DNA from: Narcine bancroftii
Taxonomy: Eukaryota
Length of the DNA stretch: 64,000 nt
Reading direction: 5' to 3'
NCBI RefSeq assembly: GCF_036971445.1
Contig: NC_091473.1
Location: forward strand, 206,088,001 to 206,152,000
A program made the translations under genes and the position numbers. The first letter of the stretch is position 1. Each line of letters opens with the position of its first letter. The notes beneath the pieces were generated by a model. The model had not been told where the DNA came from. It did not search any database and saw only the letters and a list, made by a program, of their open reading frames with translations. Shown here in pieces: positions 61,601 through 64,000 of the stretch.

Positions 61601-62990
61601 CATTCATAAAACTTACACTTAGTTCGATTCATTAAACATTCAAACCGATATGTTTGTAATTCATTATATTTACATTTTAAATTAGTTAACTGATGCTTTT
61701 GCGTTTCGGGAGCATGTTTTTGAAATTCTTTTTCAATAGCAGTTATCTTTTTCTCTAAGTCTTCAATCTCTTTAATTCTTTCCTTTACTTTAGAGGCATA
61801 ACTGATAATTTGGCCTCGCAAAAAAGCTTTCAATGCATCCCATAAAACAAAATGACGAGAAACAGAATTACAGTTAATACCAATAAAAATTTCAATTTGC
61901 TGTTTTAAAAAACTAATAAATTCTGGTTTTTGCAATAGCATAGTATTAAATCACCATCTTGAAGCTTTCTGAACATCTTGTGAACTCAAATATTCTAATA
62001 ATAGTAATGAATGATCCGAAACCAATCTAGCCTTATACTCCACAGATGTAACCCTATCCTGCAAATGTGCTGATATTAAAAATAATCAATTCTAGAAAAA
62101 GGATTATGTCGTGAGGAATAAAAAGAAAAATCCTTCTCTATAGGATTAACTCTTCGCCAAATATCAATTAAATTCAAATCTGCCATCACATTAGTCAGTT
62201 GAATTGCCATCTTAGACTTCTTAATTACTCTTGGGCACTTATCCAATAAAGGCTTCAAATCCAAATTCAAATCTCCCCCAATCATCACATTAGAGTTCGA
62301 TTGTCCAAGTAATAAAGACATATCCACAACAAAAACTGTATCTTCAACATTAGAAGCATAAACATCAGCAAAATCCATGTCTCATTAATGATAGTACAAT
62401 TCAATTTTAATAATCTTCCACCATTTTTTCTCTTCGTTCTGTAACTGGAATGATAGATTCTTATGTACCAAAATTGCCACATCTTTTGCCTTAGAATTAA
62501 ATGAAGAATAAATAACTTGCCCAACCCATTCACGTTTGAGTTTCAAATGTTCCTTATCTGTTAAATGAGTTTCCTGTAAAAAAGCAACATTAACATTTAA
62601 ATTTTTTAAATAAGCTAGTACCTTCTTACGCTTAACAGGATTATTTAAACCCTGAACATTAAAAGAAGCAAACTTCAATTTAGACATTTCTTACNNNNNN
62701 NNNNNNNNNNNNNNNNNNNNNNNNNNNNNNNNNNNNNNNNNNNNNNNNNNNNNNNNNNNNNNNNNNNNNNNNNNNNNNNNNNNNNNNNNNNNNNNNNNNN
62801 NNNNNNNNNNNNNNNNNNNNNNGAAATTACAACCAGAGACACAAGAAAAAAAAAAAATTAAATATATGAAAAAAAATTAATTATTTCAAAAAAGATAATA
62901 AAAAAAGCTTCACTCCCTAACCCAAAAATTTGAAAGAAAAAAAACAGGTCGGAGGTCACAATTACCTCCTCCTGTTTAAACTGTCTAATA
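58610..62990 (-). mobile_element. L1-clade LINE, full ORF2 region (disrupted) with A-rich tail
   Basis: ORF2 from ATG 62687: endonuclease (SFNVQGLNN, FLQETHL), RT (SYRPISLLN, SLDAEKAFD, TRQGCPLSP, LFADD), C-terminal CFRC..HTVWLC. Confidence 0.95.
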
Positions 62991-64000
62991 ACACATATAT
63001 ATAACATATAACAATTACAGCACGGAAACAGGCCATTAGGCCCTTCTAGTTCGCACCGAACCAAACACCCCTTTCTAGTCCCACCTCCCTGCACAATGCC
63101 CATAACCCTCCATCTTCTTCTCATCCATATACCTGTCCAACCTTTTCTTAAATAATACAATTGACTCCGCCGCCACTATTTCTCCCGGAAGATGATTCCA
63201 CACAGCTACCACTCTCTCAGTAAAGAAGTTCCCCCTCATGTTACCTCTAAACCTCTGCCCCTTAATTCTTAACTCATGTCCTCTTGTTTTAATCTTTCCT
63301 CCTTTTAACGGAAATAGTCTATCCACATCCATTCTGTCTATCCCTTTCATAATCTTAAATACTTCTATCAAATCCCCTCTCAGCCTTCTACGCTCCAAAG
63401 AATAAAGACCCAATCTGTCCAATCTCTCCCCATACTCCAGATGCTTAAACCCAGGCAACATTCTGGTAAACCTTCTCTGCACTCTCTCCACTCTATTTAT
63501 ATCCTTCCTATAATTAGGCGACCAGAACTGCACACAGAACTCCAAATTAGGCCGCATCAACGTCTTATACAATCTGAACATCACCTCCCAACTCCTATAT
63601 TCCATGCAATGATTGATAAAGGCCAGCATACTAAAAGCCTTCTTCACCATCCTATTCACGTGAGTTTCTACCTTCAGGGAACGATGTACCGTTACTCCTA
63701 AATCTTTCTGCTCTTCTGTATTCCTCAATGCTCTCCCATTTACCACATATGTCCTATTCTGATTCTTCTTACCAAAATGAAGCACCTCACACTTATCAGC
63801 ATTAAATTCCATCTGCCATTTTTCAGCCCACTCTTCTAAGCAGACCAAATCCCCCTGCAATCCTTGAAAACCTTCTTCATTATCCACTATTCCACCTATC
63901 TTAGTATCGTCTGCATATTTACTAATCCAATTCACCACCCCATCATCTAGATCATTAATGTATATAACGAACAACAATGGGCCCAATACAGATCCTTGAG
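62991..64000 (-). mobile_element. CR1 LINE 3' end with uninterrupted ORF2 C-terminus; continues beyond the window
   Basis: 303-aa ORF GPLLFVIYINDLD..KYADDTK..WQMEFNADKC..LERRRLRGDLIEVFK; typical 3'UTR and simple-repeat tail. Confidence 0.95.

Overview
Vertebrate genomic DNA, most likely from a cartilaginous fish (inferred from the V-segment types and the shark/ray-like repeat landscape). It appears to lie within the V-gene region of the T-cell receptor alpha/delta locus. I find one apparently intact TCR alpha/delta-type V segment (leader 3223-3274, V exon 3760-4063, 23-spacer RSS 4064-4102). It is surrounded by about ten readable V pseudogenes or fragments and several fainter remnants, all on the + strand; most are invisible in the ORF track. 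No D, J or C segments were found. Much of the rest is retroelement debris, often nested with readable target-site duplications (TSDs): L1, RTE, CR1, Rex/Babar and Penelope-like elements, three epsilon-like endogenous retrovirus (ERV) remnants and solo LTRs. There is also a 4-copy ~1.63 kb tandem array starting at an ERV 3' end, and two ~2 kb segmental duplications. All calls were made by eye without alignment tools, so repeat boundaries are approximate unless a TSD or terminal motif is quoted. N-runs hide some sequence.
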